Assembly: GCF_009914755.1 (NCBI RefSeq)
Contig: NC_060945.1
Reading direction: 5' to 3' (one strand)
DNA: 64,000 nucleotides
Source: the human T2T-CHM13v2.0 reference genome, Homo sapiens
Under the pieces are notes generated by a model. It searched no databases, was not told where the DNA came from, and saw nothing but the letters and a program-made list of their open reading frames with translations. Positions 27,261-42,027 of the stretch are shown here, in pieces. The translations under genes were made by a program, and so were the position numbers. The stretch's first letter is position 1; every line of letters begins with the position of its first letter.

Positions 27261-29766
27261 GTTAGTTATGACCCAAACCCTGCAAGACAGGCTTTTGAAA
27301 AATCTCCTTAAAAAAAAAAATCAATAGGAAGCTGAATTTCAGGCCAAGATGACACCATAAGTTAATGAGAAACCCAAGCTTAACTTAGGTTGTCTCATTC
27401 CAAAGACTTTGTTATTTGTGTTTATTTTATCTTCCTTTACTTCTTCGTTTTTATCTTTAATTGCTCAATGTATAAATCCAGCTTAAAAATACCCTTATTT
27501 CATGAATAACCTCAATAACTCTCAAAATGAATATTGTTTAGCTTGAGTTTTTCATAAGCTATAATTAATTTCAAAAGTTCATACTGAAATAAATAAAATA
27601 GAATGAATAGAAAGCACTGGTATAATGTAGTAGGTGTTTGACCCTATATAAGAGTCAACATGCTATTCACTAAGTATAAAGTGTGGATTCTCCAACTAAA
27701 CACTTGCAGAATAATTGTCTAATGCCAAAGTAATCTTTCATAGAGAGAATTTCATTTATTGTCTTTATTTTTGAAATGTTTTGTTGGCAAATCTTGTTGA
27801 CATAATGTGGATAATTGCCATCTTTGGCTGAACGTGTTTTTTGTGTATAATGATGCTATGATTTTATTTCTAAAAATAGTGTAATGAAAAGAAAATGTGT
27901 AATGCATTGAACAGAGCAAACTTAGTAGAGGTTCAAAATTAAGTGAACAGTTTGTCACACTTAAGATCTTCATTATTCCTTTAAAATTAAATCCCTTGCA
28001 ATTATTGAAATTGTCCTCTAAAATATTTGGCAGTGACTACACTCATGACATGTATTGATGCAGAAAAATGTTTATTTTTCCCTTTCTTATTCTGAAGAAT
28101 TTTAAACACAAATGCTGTCATTCCTTGATTAGAACCTTTTTTGGGTTATAAATCATGACTAGACTACTTGAGTGAATCTAGATTTAGGTAATTAGATGTT
28201 AGTACCAGCCTGTTTTCCATTGCAGAATATTTAAAAATGGTATAAGATATTTAGAAGGGAGGAAAAAGGCATTTTTTAGAAGTCATTTTTTAAAGGCATT
28301 GCCTTTACTCTTATTAATCATGCCACTTAAATTTTAAAGCTGTATTTAATATGGAATCAATAAAAAAAAGAAATGAGTAGAAAATCTCTAACATTTATAA
28401 CCAAAAGGTCAGCTCAAGTTATAACTTTTGTCAAAACCTGAATTTCCAAGGCAAACCTTAGAATCATCTATTTAAGTAAAAGCCAACAATGAATGTTTTC
28501 CTCTGTTTCTCTGAGTGATTCTTCTTAAGCTGCACATAGAGGAAGTCAGTATTCAAGTATTATTTTCAAGTTGTAATTAGCTTGAAGTTTAAATCACTAG
28601 TTTGTAATTTTAATAATGTAGATGACTAAAGCCCAGGCTGGGGGCTAAACCTGTGCTTTGGCTTACGGAGGACCAAGAAGGAATGGTGTGAGGTTAGTGG
28701 AGAGGGCTTGCCCTCCTTCTCTGCAAGACCCATCCACTCTCCAGCTCACGTCTCTGACTCTCCTGCTGTTCTGGAAATTAGGGAGAAAGAACAGTTTGAT
28801 CCAGGCCTTTCTTCTTCCCTTCTCACTACCTCCTGTTCCTCAGGGTGAGCTCATAGCAGGTCTGTGTTGCTCTGTTAGATCCTTATGTAGTCTGACATGT
28901 GGAGGGCACGAGGCCATGTTTATTTTGCCTTAAGTTAATTGATGTGTCTATTAATATCTTCCGTACTGTGGATTGTTATGAAGCTTTACTTGTGAATAAT
29001 GCAATATAAAGCACATCGTAATATATACCTCACGCCATTGGTTATATTGAATTATACAGGGGTAGAGGACGGGCAACATAATTAACTTTATCTTAATGCC
29101 TAAAATGCAATCTTTCTCAAACTTGCATAAGATCATCTAAGTTTCTGGGAAGTGAATGTGAGAAGTAATTCATTTTCAGAGGTTTTGTCAGGTGATTTGG
29201 TGCACACTTAATTGTGAGAATCTCTGGCCCACAGAATTGTTCTGGATCCTTAGTAGAGCATAGAAGGCCCTTGATTATCTGGCCTCTGCTGATACCATTT
29301 AACCTCTTACCATACTTCATTCAGCCGCCAACCAGTTCCCAAGAGTGGAGTGTTCTTCCCCACCATGCTGCCTGCCACTCTCCAATTCATCCTCCAAAGC
29401 TGAGGCCAACCCTCATGTCCTCTGAGAAGGTTTTAAAGTAACTTAAGTACTGAGGTGGAAGAACTCTATTGTCCCTGACAAGCACTCCCCCATATCTGTT
29501 ATAATGTGACCAAATGTATGCAAATATGTAATGCACATATTTGCTTTCATGTCTCTCTTCATGTTGAACTCTGCTTCCTCAAAGTTAGGGACCATGTCTC
29601 TCTTGTCTTATTAGTACAATTCCTGCCAGCACTTCCAGCACATAGTATATCTTGCTCAATATTGATTGCAAAGTGAATGTTTCAGAGTCATCCTAGTGAA
29701 TGTTATGCATGACTATTTGTCCTTTAATTAAATGGTTGTACCCCTGAAGAGTGAATATGAGTAAAG

Positions 29767-30445
29767 TTATGGGCAAAGTTGTGTCCCCCCAAATTTGTAT
29801 GTTGAAGCCCTAACCCCCAGCAGCTTAGAATGTGACTATATTTGGAGACAGGGCCTTTATAGAGGTAATTAGGGTTAAATGAGGTCATAAAAATAGGGCC
29901 CTAATCCAATATCTTAGTCCATTTGTATTGCTGTAACAAAATACCACAGACTAATTTATTTTTAAAAAGAAATTTGTTTATCACAGGCTTGGAGGCTGGG
30001 AGGTCTAACATTAAGGTGCCAGCATCTGGTGAGGGCCTTTTTGCTAAGTCATCTCATGGTGGAACGTGGAAGGGCAAAAGAGCATCAGAGAATGCATGCA
30101 CATGAGAGACGGGGGACCAAACTCATTCTTTTATCAGGTATGGATAACAGCAGTAATCCATTCATGAGGGCAGAGTCCCATGCTTTAATCACCTGCTGAA
30201 GGTCCCACCACTTAACGCTGTTGCATTGGGGATTAAGTTTCCAACACATGAACTCTGGGGGACACATTCAAATCGTAACATCCAGGGTGAACGGTGTCTT
30301 TATAAGAAGAAACATTGCCAGAGATGAACACATGAAGAAAACACCAGGGGAGGACACAGCAAGAAGGTGGCCATCTCAAGTCAGGGAGAGAGGTCTCAGA
30401 AAAAACCAAACTTGGTGACACCTTGATGCTGGGCTTCCAGCATCA
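29767..30445 (+). mobile_element. MLT1A/B-like LTR interrupted by an oppositely oriented MaLR LTR
   Basis: gttatgggc..tgtgtccccccaaatttgtatgttgaagccctaaccccc; resumes at about 30290 with ggtgtctttataagaaga. Confidence 0.75.
29911..30280 (-). mobile_element. MST (MSTB/D-like) LTR nested in MLT1
   Basis: tcttagtccatttgtattgctgtaacaaaataccacagact...ggggattaagtttccaacacatgaactctgggggacacattcaaatcgtaaca. Confidence 0.8.
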
Positions 30446-32839
30446 CTTCTCCTTTTATTTGTATTTCAAATAGAACTTGTATTAATAGGGCACTGTTTGA
30501 CAATTCTCTCTCTAGTTTTTGCTAATTGATTCATGCACTCCAGTCATAATTTTACTGGTGGATGTCAATGTTTAGCACCATTGGTTTTTGTATGTGTTGA
30601 TGAGCACACTATTTCTAGCCTGGAAATTGTGAAGAACAATCAGTTATACTAAATGAATCACCCAGCATATTTTCAATATGAACCTCTGGCAAGGAGTCTT
30701 CCTTTTTGCCCTGGATGCCTGAAGAATGGGTTCCATTAGCAATGCAGTATTTGAAAACAAATGTTGCATGTTGAAATGGTGATCAAATCACATTTCAGGA
30801 GTTTTGCAGTTGTAAGAGGGCCTATTCCAACACTTACTACACAAATTCAAAGGGTAAAAAATTTGAGTTATGTGATGAAAATATTTTAAGACAGGAAAAT
30901 ATGGTTTAAATAAACCCTCTGGGTTCCTGTAGAGGACTACTTGTTACCTCTGTAGCATAGTTTATCAGGTTCTTGTATTACAGTAACTATGCTAGCTATT
31001 ATCTTAACTATTTGTATTGCAAACATTTATTATGTACTTATATATAATAACTATGTATTATGTCAGTTATTCATGTTAGCACTCTCTTTCCCAATTAGTT
31101 GTTAACTTTTTGATGGTGGAAAGTATTTTACTTACGTTTGAATTCCATTACTAGCATTTGGTAGATATCCAAAATATTTGTGGAAGGCATAATTGAATAA
31201 AGCAGCACTTCCAAAAGTTACACACATTTAAGTCATGAGAGAAAAGTAGAGGGAAGGTACCAAGACCTAGGGAATCAGGATCTGCTTTCTGCTGGCAATG
31301 ACACTGAGGAAAGGTGACAGGATTACAATGTGGGAGAAAGAGATTCCCGTGCCCCACACCATCACCCCATTGTCCCTTTTTCTCTCCATGGAAGATTTGG
31401 GTTGGTACACATGGCCTTGAGCAGGTCACATGATTTCACCTCTTTGGTGGTGGAACTGAAGGGGCAGTCAGACTCAATTCCTGTGCATTCCCAAATCAGT
31501 TCTTACACCTCAGTTCAACTCTTATGAGATTTTTCTTTGAATTTTGAAGGCTTTCCAAGTTTAGGAATTCCCTATTGGCCTGTGAATGTGCAGGAGAGGA
31601 GTGACACCTTTAAACATGAATTAATAACTCATTAATTAAGGTAATCATTCATTTGGTTAACAAACTTTCCTTTTGTTAACACTTTAGTATAGAATTTCTG
31701 AGAGTAAGATCAAGAGGCCAAGGTACCCTTGGGGAATATAGCAAAAGGAAAAGAGAACAGAGAAGGCATTTTATGGATTTCAAAAATTTGTTTATACTTA
31801 GTCCTGACTTTTGAATAGAAGACTTAGATGCAATTCATCATGGCATTATTTCATTTGTTTTTAATTAAAGAAGGCTCACTCAGTATCTATTGTATAAACA
31901 TAGCCCTGATGGAATAACTGTACAATTACTGTCTTTCTCAGGTCCACAGAGTACTGTACAATGACAAATATCTGAAATTCACCCTTCATCTAAGCAATGT
32001 AATCCATGTCAGGTCACCCACAATTTTAAGTCAGTTCTCAGAAAAGTTATTTAAAAACAAATCTGAAGTATACACAATAATGGTGATGAAAATAAACATT
32101 AAGCAAAGGAAGAAATGATAAACATAACCTTTAGACCACACAACTTCCTAGGATGTCAGCTATTTCAGGAACTGAAATGATGCATTTATCATATGTTCAT
32201 CTGTTCAATATATAATTATTTTAACTATTATGTGTGCTGTTTATAACCCATTATCTTGCAATAACAGCTTGCATGGATCACTGCATAATTTAAAAATATA
32301 ATAGCTTTTCTTGCCAATATTTGATTTCCAACTCTAAATCTGCTGACTTTAACTATGTCTATGCCATGTACTCTGGGTAAACTGGTTTTTATTTCCTAAG
32401 GATTTATCTTAGAATACACACCTGGGTTTTCTTTTACAAAAAGCTAGTTTTGTTTGGCTCTGGTTCATGTGGTGGCTTGTTTTCTGAAATGGAATAAATT
32501 GGCTTCTGTACATGCAAATCAACTAAATGGGCAGGATCACAAACCTGAGACATTCATATAGGTGAAGTGGGTGGGAATGGGGCTCTTGTCTAATTAGCTA
32601 GATAATGTGGTCAATAAAACCCAAAAATCAGATTAGTCAGTCTCAAATTACTCAAATTACTTTGATCATATTAATCATATAATTGTCTTTGTTGCCCAGA
32701 TGCCTATCATTATAGGTAAACAATATGTTATTTATGGATGGTTTATCTATGAAGATGAACAATGGATTCCACATGGGTTGAATTCATGTCTTGCTCTAGT
32801 TAGTCTGGTTGAGTGAGATATTATATTTAAAGAAATATT

Positions 32840-33054
32840 TATTTATTTAGTCACCAAGATTTATTGAGCCCCTACTATATGCAGGAAGAGAGCTAGGTAC
32901 TAAGTGAATAAAATGAATTTAACAGTTCTTGTTTCCAAGAAATGCAATGCGTACTGGAGAGGTAGACACATAGAAATGTATTTATAGTACAATGATAAAA
33001 ATGCAATGGTGAAGATATACACAGTGTAGTTTTGGATAAATGAGGAAAGGAGAA

Positions 33055-33099
<45 letters not shown>

Positions 33100-33230
33100 A
33101 TTTGCAAAAGCTTTCTGGAAAATGTGATGCCTGAGCTGAGCTGTTGGGTTTAGTCCAACATAGAAGAAGAGGGAGTGGCAGAAAGGGCATTCTTAGCAGA
33201 GGAAAAAAGATGGACAGCAGCACAAGTAGA
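32840..33230. mobile_element. L2 fragment containing a (TG)n microsatellite
   Basis: atttattgagcccctactatatgcagg...; ctttctggaaaatgtgatgcctgagctgag. Confidence 0.65.
33057..33097. repeat. (TG)~20 perfect microsatellite
   Basis: Direct reading. Confidence 0.95.
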
Positions 33231-33341
33231 CACTGAGGAAAAGGCACAATGTCTCATCCTGTGATTTTGGAGAAAGAGAATGGGCATGAAAAAAGTTTGC
33301 TAAATGGGTTGTTGGAAATTGAAGGTGTTCACACCTACTAA

Positions 33342-33651
<310 letters not shown>

Positions 33652-34585
33652 AATTTTCTCACATAAGTTGGCAGTAAGTTGAGAATGAAGGTAGTAAAGT
33701 TTGAATTGTGGCCCAGTGAAATAATAAATTGCCGAGGGGAATGGAAGAGATGAGTAGACACAAGTAAAAGGATTGAGAGGTGGCCCTAGGAGCCTAGCTA
33801 CTGTTGGACACCGTGGATTTGCCATGAGGTGGAACTGCAAGGATGGATGATTTTTTGAGATACATCCTTGCCTGGGCATCGGGAAAGAGAAGGCACACTA
33901 TAGTACTGACACAGCATTAGACTTTTCTTATGTGGGTGTAGCAGAAAATGAGGTGAAAAGGAATTAAGGGTATTCCTGAAAAGGTAGTATTCTAGACGGT
34001 TTTGAAAAGAAAGAGAAGCCAATAGGAGGTAGATAGATAAATAAAATGGAGGGAACATAAAGCCAGGGATCTCCATGAAGCAACAGAAAAATATAGTATG
34101 GAGAAATTTGACACTATATAGTTGTGGTAGGCAGAATTCTGAGATGAACCTCTGTGACCTATGCCCTTTGTAATTCCCTCCCCTTGAGTGTGAGTGGGAC
34201 CTGAGAATATGGTGGGTGTCATTCTATTGATTATGGCAAAGGGAAAGGAATGTTTTGCGATGCAATTAGGTATCTGTAATCAATTGACTTTGACTTAATA
34301 AAAAGTACGATTATCCTGCAGGGGAGGGCTGACCTAATCAAAATAGTTCTTTAATAAAAAGGGATTTAGAAAACAGAGATTTGCTCTCTTCTGGTCTTAA
34401 GGGAACAAGCTGCCAATAATGTCTGCAAAAAGTGAATTCTTCCAACAACTACGTGAGCTTGGAAGAGGACCTTGAACCTAGAATGAGACTGCAGCAGCCC
34501 CAGCCAACACCCTTCTCAGCTTCGTGGACCCTGAGCAGAGAACACAGCAAATTTGTCCAGACTTCTCATCTACAGAAACTGAGAT

Positions 34586-34591
34586 AATAAA
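34586..34591 (+). terminator. Candidate plus-strand poly(A) signal (LTR AATAAA with a GU/U-rich downstream element)
   Basis: AATAAA at the MLT1 poly(A) position, followed about 25 nt later by a ~55-nt GT/T tract. Confidence 0.5.
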
Positions 34592-34619
34592 TGATTGTTG
34601 TTTTAACATCCCTAGTTTG

Positions 34620-34970
34620 TGTGTGTGTGTGTGTTTTTGTTTTGTTTTGTTTTGTTTTTTGTTTTTGTTTTTGAGACAGGCTCTCTTGTTCTCTCTCTGT
34701 CACCTAGGCTGGAGTGCAGTGGCGAGATCATGGCTGTTTGCAACCTCTGCCTCCCGGGTTCAAGTGATCCTCCCACCCTCTTGAGTAGCTAGGACCACAG
34801 GCATGCACTACTATGCCCAGCTAATTTTTTTTGTTTGTTTTTTTATTTTTTGTAGAGAGGGGGTTTCACCATGTTGCTCAGGCTGGTCTAGAACTCCTGA
34901 ACTCAAGTGATCTGACCACCTCAGTCTCCCAAAGCGCTGGGATTACAGGCCTGAGCTACTGCACCTAGCC
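34620..34970 (-). mobile_element. AluJ-like element with a (TG)n/(TTTTG)n tail
   Basis: caagtgatcctcccacc, gctaggaccacaggc and ctcctgaactcaagtgatc (J-type diagnostics). Confidence 0.88.
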
Positions 34971-35080
34971 AGTTCGTGGTAAGTTTTTATGCAGCAATAG
35001 GAAACTATTATGCTGGTAAAGCTAAAAATGCATACAAGCAGCAGTCCTACTTCTAGGTGTATGGTCTCAAGCTGGGTTGT

Positions 35081-35448
35081 TGTTACAGATTGAATAATTG
35101 TGTACCCCCACATTTATATGTTGAAGCCATAACCCCCAATGTGATGGTACTAGCAGGTGAGGTCTTTAGATGAAAATTAGGCTTAGATGAGGTCATGAGG
35201 TAGAGTCCCCATGGTGGGATGAGTGTCCTTGTAAGAAGAGACATACAGCAGTGCTGCTTCTCTTTATTATGTGAGAATACAATGGAAAGATAACCATCTA
35301 CAAGCCAAGAAGAGGGCCCTCACTGGAACTTGACCATGATGGCACTTTGATCATGGACTTTTTAGCCTCCAGAACTATGAGAAATAAATGCCTTTTGTTT
35401 AAGCCACCCAGTCTAAAGGATTTTGTTATAGCAGCCCAAGCTAAGACA
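35081..35448 (+). mobile_element. MLT1A-like solo LTR
   Basis: tgttacagattgaat...agcctccagaactatgagaaataaatg...gcagcccaagctaagaca. Confidence 0.85.
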
Positions 35449-35745
35449 GCTGTTCATTATGGTAGCTGGAGGTGGCTGTTGAGCACTTGAAATGTGGCTA
35501 GTCAGAACTGAGATGTACCATAAGTGTAAAAGACACAGTGGATTAAAAAGACTTATGAAAAAAAGTACAATTGCTCATTAATAATTTGAATATTGATGAC
35601 ATTATGAAATGCTAATATTTTGGATATACTGGGTTAAATAAAATAAGTTATTAAAATTAATTCCACCTGTCTTTTACTTTCAATGTGGCTACTAAAAACT
35701 CTAATATATATGCAACTCACATTATCTTTTTATTGGACAATGCAA
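35449..35745. mobile_element. MER33/MER3-like hAT-Charlie DNA transposon
   Basis: gtggctgttgagcacttgaaatgtggctagt..aactgagatgt...aatgtggctacta...tattggaca. Confidence 0.75.
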
Positions 35746-35959
35746 CAGTGCTTCTCTAGAGCAAATCTTGGATTTGTGCATGAGAGCCTATTACTTAAAT
35801 GTTCAATTTAAGTAATTAAGTAATGAAGCATTGTGTGAATGTGCAGGAAAAAAAAAAGAGGCAGCCAAAATATCCATGCAGAAGGGATTGGACAAGTACA
35901 CTGATGTGTATTCAATGCATAAGTTGTTCCCTCTACTTGGATCTTTCATCTTCTTAATA

Positions 35960-36245
35960 TTTGCATGCTTTGCTCCCTATTTTCTTTCAGAGATTTATTC
36001 AAGTTCCATGTTATCTGTGAGAAGTTTTATAATATAGCAATGCCCATTTCCCTCTTAAGGGCATTGTATGGTATGCCCTTCCCTCTTCTGAGCTTTGTTT
36101 TTTCAATGATCCTTGTCTGATTTCCCTGACTAGAGTATAAGTTTCATGAGAGTGAGGACTTTTCTTTGCTCCTGATTGCATTCTTGGTGTCTAAAAGAGT
36201 GTCTGCCACATACTAGGTATTCAGTAAATACTTTTGGAATGGATT
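35960..36245. mobile_element. L2 3' fragment
   Basis: actagagtataagtttcatgagagtgagga...gtgtctgccacatactaggtattcagtaaata. Confidence 0.65.
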
Positions 36246-36792
36246 AATTATAGAATACTAGATTTTAGTGAAAAATGAATGAACTGGATAAATAATATGT
36301 ACCAACTTAGATATAATTCAAACCTTGAGATAATTGCGAAAGCACACTGTTAAAGAAATAGATACAGACACAAATACACACACACACACACACACACACG
36401 GTCTCACAAAACATGTATATCCTCACTTCCCTCCATAAATATGTATATATATATGTGTAAAATGATATTCATCTAAGTAAATTAAACATGTGTGCACCTG
36501 TGTACACATACATACACACATATATCACAGACTGTATAAAAAGCAAATTCTTTAATCAATGTGGGGTAGAACCAGGACATTAGTAGTTGAATGGGAAAAC
36601 AAGAATAATTGACATGAGTCCCTGATGCTATTTTATAAATATCAATGTTATTTAGAATCATATAAACTAAGAAGAGTTTGGCAGAAACCTTCATCTGAGG
36701 CCAACACTCCCTTGCAACATTTCTTGTTGGAGACTGTTCACCCAGCCACTGATTGACTATTTCAGGAATAGGTGTCTTAGTGCTTTAGTTAT

Positions 36793-37467
<675 letters not shown>

Positions 37468-38389
37468 TTTATATATAAGACAAAACCTATGTAATTGGTA
37501 AAAATATAAACGATGAACCTTTAGAAACTAATCTATTTTATCCATCCAGAGTTGTACAGGGAATTGAGGGAAGGACCTAAAAACCCACTCTTCCTTAGGT
37601 CTAAATATCCTAAATGTGAGGGGCTGCTGGGATTTATGGCTTTCTTTTACACAGTGAAGACTAGCTAGGGATGCTGAAGAATGAGGGGTCAGAATGCAGC
37701 TAACTTTCAAGAGGTGCAGAATGAGAAATAGAAATGGAAATTTTTTCTGAAGAGTAGAAATTTGATTGAGGTTGCTGCCAGACCCAATGTCATCTAATTA
37801 AACTAAGAAACAGCTTGTCCTGGCAATCGAGATCAAATGGCATGCATTAATGGGAAGTGTTACTCAGTGAAGACACAGTAGGATAAAAATATGTCAGAGC
37901 TTACGTTTCACCAGGGACTTTTTTATTTTCAATACTGTAATTTTTTACCCAGATCCCATACAAAATCAGCCAACCAACCAACCAAACAAACAAAAACCCC
38001 ACTCCATAGTGACCTACTAAGTAAAAATCCAAACAAATATTAAGCACAGGTAGGTGCCTAAATGAATAATTTTATTTTTTACTCTTTGATTTTTAAAAGC
38101 TTGAATTCAAATATTAGGTTTATATATTCAAATGTATAATCTCCATTTCATCAAAATAGAACCATAAATTACATTTTTCATAGCAAAGCAGTGGCAGAAA
38201 ACTGCCCATATTTCATATACCTCTCAGTGACATCCCATAAGCACTGATATTTAGAAATAATTTTTCATTCTTATGCAGTAAATTTATTTTGGAGCAGATC
38301 AATTAGGAACTATTTATATAGTTTAAAATTGAGTATTAGTTTAGCAAAATGTGTTAAGAATTTGCTAGAATTTAACTTTCTGGCTTCAG

Positions 38390-39050
38390 TTCAATAAGCA
38401 TCTTTTAAAATGCCTGCCGTGTACAGGCACGGTGCTCTGAGGACACAAAGATAAATTGACTTTCTGTCCCACAGAAAGATCTTACGGTGCTGAGTGAAGC
38501 ATGTTAAGTGCTAACATAAAGATATATCAGAGCTACGGAGTTGAAAGCAGGATACACCCTCCAGCAGAGGTTCAGGAAAGGCTTTCTAGAGAAAAGAAAT
38601 TCTAAGAGTTGGTCTAAGTGAAAAATGGGAGGTAGGGCTTTGCAGGCAGGCTGAAAGGTATATGACAAAAAGGGTGTTATTAGGCAGGTTTAGTCAGGAA
38701 AACAAAAAGCCATCTGTCTCCACTCTGTATGGAACTGGATGGTGGACACAGGAAGCTATGAGCAAGTTTGTGTTCGTAAAGGGTAGAATACCTACTGCAC
38801 ATTTATGTATATCACTTTGCTTATATGTGGACAATAGTTACAAAAGGGCTGAGATTAAAGATACAGAGCCTAGTTGGAGGCTATTTTAACAGTCCAGGTG
38901 AAAAATGATGAGGGCAGTGGGCAAAGAAGGTTGAGAAAAAATATCTCTGACAGACAGTTGACAGGACTTAATCAGATGAGTGTACTGAGGGGATGAGGTC
39001 TTAGATAACCTGTAGAGCTATGGTTTGAGTGGCAGGCTCCATCGTACTGT
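38390..39050. mobile_element. Degenerate L2 fragments
   Basis: aatgcctgccgtgtacaggcacggtgct...; gttcaggaaaggctttctagag; cagtccaggtgaaaaatgatgagggc. Confidence 0.55.
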
Positions 39051-39099
39051 AATGCTTTCACTCAGGTACTAGTAAAATGGGTATCAGGACACCAGAGTG

Positions 39100-40280
39100 G
39101 GAGACAGACACCCTCAGTGTTCCCAATACATAAGTATAAAGGAAGTGTTCTCCAGAGATGGTTCTAGATCTTGTGGGCCCAACTACGAAATCAAGCATAC
39201 ATAAAAGAGGTCACGAGAGTGGTAGAGGTGATTGCTGAAGAGACTTCTCTGGGGACAGCTGTTGTCTCTCTGTGTGTCCACACTGCCCAGTCTTGTCTTT
39301 GGGATGCCACTTTCTAACACCACTCCTGGTGAATAGAGCTTCCAGGGGGTCACTCAAGAGAAGTCTGAAATAGGTTCACTGCAGCTGAAGACGCAGAAGA
39401 CCAGTGACTGATATAAATGTGAGAAAGGCAAAGTGGACTACAGACTGTGATGTGACTCCCGAGTGACAAAAGAGTGCTAACCAGAGTTGACCAATTGGTT
39501 TTTTGGCTGACAGGGAGAAGTTGGTTGCATTGGGATTAGAGACAACCCCAGAATTTCCAGGAAAGGAATAAGTGAGTGTTTCCTGTGCACCAGATTTAAA
39601 TCCAGCATACTTTGTGGGAATGTCCTGGGTTATAGTCAATGGGACTGTCTAAAGGGGTCAGGAGGCTTCAGCAGAGAGAGCATGAGGTGTACTGCTGGAT
39701 GTCAAGAGGCTGAGGAAACAGTGCAAGCTTCCACTGAAATAGGAATCCATCACCCAATGAGTAAAAGAAACTTCAGAAGAGACGGTCAAACAGGAACTCA
39801 TAGAGTCAAAAGGAAATGCTTCAAGAAAAAGAATTAGCTTCAGAAATCTCCCAGGCCTACCAGGGACACCATCTTAAACTGTCTGCTAAGCCCAGAAAGC
39901 ACAGAGCAGCCCAGCCCAGCGAGATCTGTCCTGTTTATTTTTGAGCCTAGTAGAAGGCACAACAGCCACAGGAGTTGGGAGGAAGTAAACAGGGAAAGGA
40001 GAAAGAGGAGAAGGCATTCATCCCCCCTCCGTCATGTCACTAGTCTTCCAGAAGGATCAGTCTCAGAGAGGGGAGGTATTTGATGTTAAATCAACTTGGA
40101 CTTTTGATTAATATCTTAGACTGGATATTCTAATCATGAAGTTGAGGCTGTGCTTTAACATAAGGAAGCTCTAGGACTGTCATTACCTTAAGTCAACAAA
40201 AAAGTCATGAGATTTGCCCAGATCATTCTACTGAATAATTTTAAGTAGGAGGGGAGATTAAAAATAGAATTGGCTTTGCT
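39100..40280 (+). mobile_element. Possible ancient LTR (LTR78-like)
   Basis: The 3' part (ggacttttgattaa...tagactggatattctaat...ggactgtcattacc) resembles LTR78 as I remember it. Confidence 0.3.
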
Positions 40281-41313
40281 GTTTCAGTAGTTGTGTTTGT
40301 TTGATATACCAGTTGCATTGTCGTTATCTGACAGTGGAGCTATTTTAACAATAATAGATTTAACAGGCAAAAAAATAATATATCCTGATGGAGAATTTGT
40401 TGATATGGAGGTAGCAGCAGAATCACCAAGTGGAAATTTCCAGAAGGGAGGTGACTGGATGAATTTAAACTTAGGGGAAAAGTTAGGGTTGTACTCAAAT
40501 AAACACTTGCATATTTCTCTTGAATAAATCTGTTTCCCTTTCAGCTCTTTATGAATGGTGATCACTTCTAAACCAAGACATCTGCAATTCTGTCCACATT
40601 AATCTTTGTTGGTTTACCTGCTTCAATCATACCTATACATAGCTACCAAGATAAACTATCTGAAACTTCGTTTTGTCTCTGCCTCAAAAACAGTGGCTTT
40701 TTTTTTATATCAATTATCAGTCAAATTTGAATTTTAGCAGACAACTTCCAATTGTCTTTCCACATTTACTTAAACATATTTTTCACTGCTTCCACATAGG
40801 ATCACTCCATCTGGGCCCAACAGGATTCCTTATGCTTCATTTATACATTTGCCATTCATTATACTGGAATGCCCTTTCAACCAAATTCTACTCTAAAACT
40901 CAATTCAGGCACCTTGAATGTGGGTTTTAGGGAAGCCAGGGTGTCTTTAAGGCCACTGAGATTATAGACAAATGTGTTTGCATTTTGGGGGACAATGGAT
41001 TTATGTTTAAATCAGTTTTAATAGAAGCACTGTGACCCAGAAAATAACTAAGGACAACTGATGTAACGTAAGATCTCTGATTCCCGGTTCTGTACTCTGT
41101 TCACTGTTCTTCCCAGCACCCCTGATTAGAAACCTTCTTCTTTCCAGATGCTTCAGTGCTTGCTGCTACCACAGCTGCTCCACTGATTGTCCTATATCCA
41201 GCTGGAACCTAATCTGGACACAGCGTAATTCTTGGCTTCCTCGGCCCCTACATTCAGCTACCATTTCCCAGACTGACCTGAGAAGCAGCTTGCTATGGTA
41301 TTCTGGTAGCTCA

Positions 41314-41655
41314 TGCTGTAGTTCAAATGTTTGTTTACCCCTAAAATTCATGTGCTGAAATTCTAACCCTCAAGACAATGGTAATAGGAGGTGGGGGCTT
41401 TGGGAGGTGAATGGATGGCACTAGTGCCCTTATAAAAGAGGCCCTTGAGAGATTCCTTGCCCCTTTCACCATGTGAGGACAAAGTGCAAGACAGCTGTCT
41501 ATGAACTAGGAAGCCAGCCTTCACCAGACAACGGATTCTGCTAGCACCTTGATAGTGGACTTCCCAGCCTGCAGAACTATGACTAGTAAGTTTCTGCTGT
41601 TATTTGACACCTGGTTTATGGTATTTTGTCACAGCAGCCCAAACGAACCAAGAAA
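41314..41655 (+). mobile_element. MLT1A/MSTD-like LTR
   Basis: tgctgtagttcaaatgtttgtttacccctaaaattcatgtgctgaaattctaacc...ggtattttgtcacagcagccc. Confidence 0.8.
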
Positions 41656-41861
41656 CTCAGCCTTGGTTGAGGTGAATTTTTGCCTAATGTCTTTTCACCT
41701 TTCTTGAACAATCATGTGTGTGGTCTATGATTGAAAGTCCTCATTTCCTGGCTTCGTTGCAGTTGGCCTACTGCATGCTGCATGCCTGTCTCCATGGAAC
41801 TTTCGGTTTTCCACCACTAGGTACTGTCTTCCATTTTGCAAACAACTGCTACTTTATCCTA

Positions 41862-41923
41862 GACTCCAATAATAATAATGATGACTCCAATAATAATAAT
41901 GATGACACCAATAACAGTAATAA
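41862..41923. repeat. 21-bp tandem repeat, 2 perfect copies plus 1 degenerate copy
   Basis: gactccaataataataatgat at 41862-41882 and 41883-41903. Confidence 0.9.
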
Positions 41924-42027
41924 GAAACATGCAGTGCTTATAATATGTTTGGCAATATACTTAATGTTTCCTAGGTGTTGCCTTATTTTTCCTGACCACT
42001 ACCTTACATGGTAGACATTTTTTTTTT

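Larger units (their letters stand above)
34123..35012 (+). mobile_element. MLT1 (MLT1E-like) LTR split near its 3' end by an AluJ
   Basis: tgtggtaggcagaattct...ccctccccttgagtgtgagtggg...gagataataaatg; the terminus gtggtaagtttttatgcagcaataggaaact follows the Alu. Confidence 0.8.

Noticed and set aside
40291-40527. 78-aa ORF with protein-like composition
   Set aside because: Non-ATG start, no recognisable family and no splice signals tying it to a gene.
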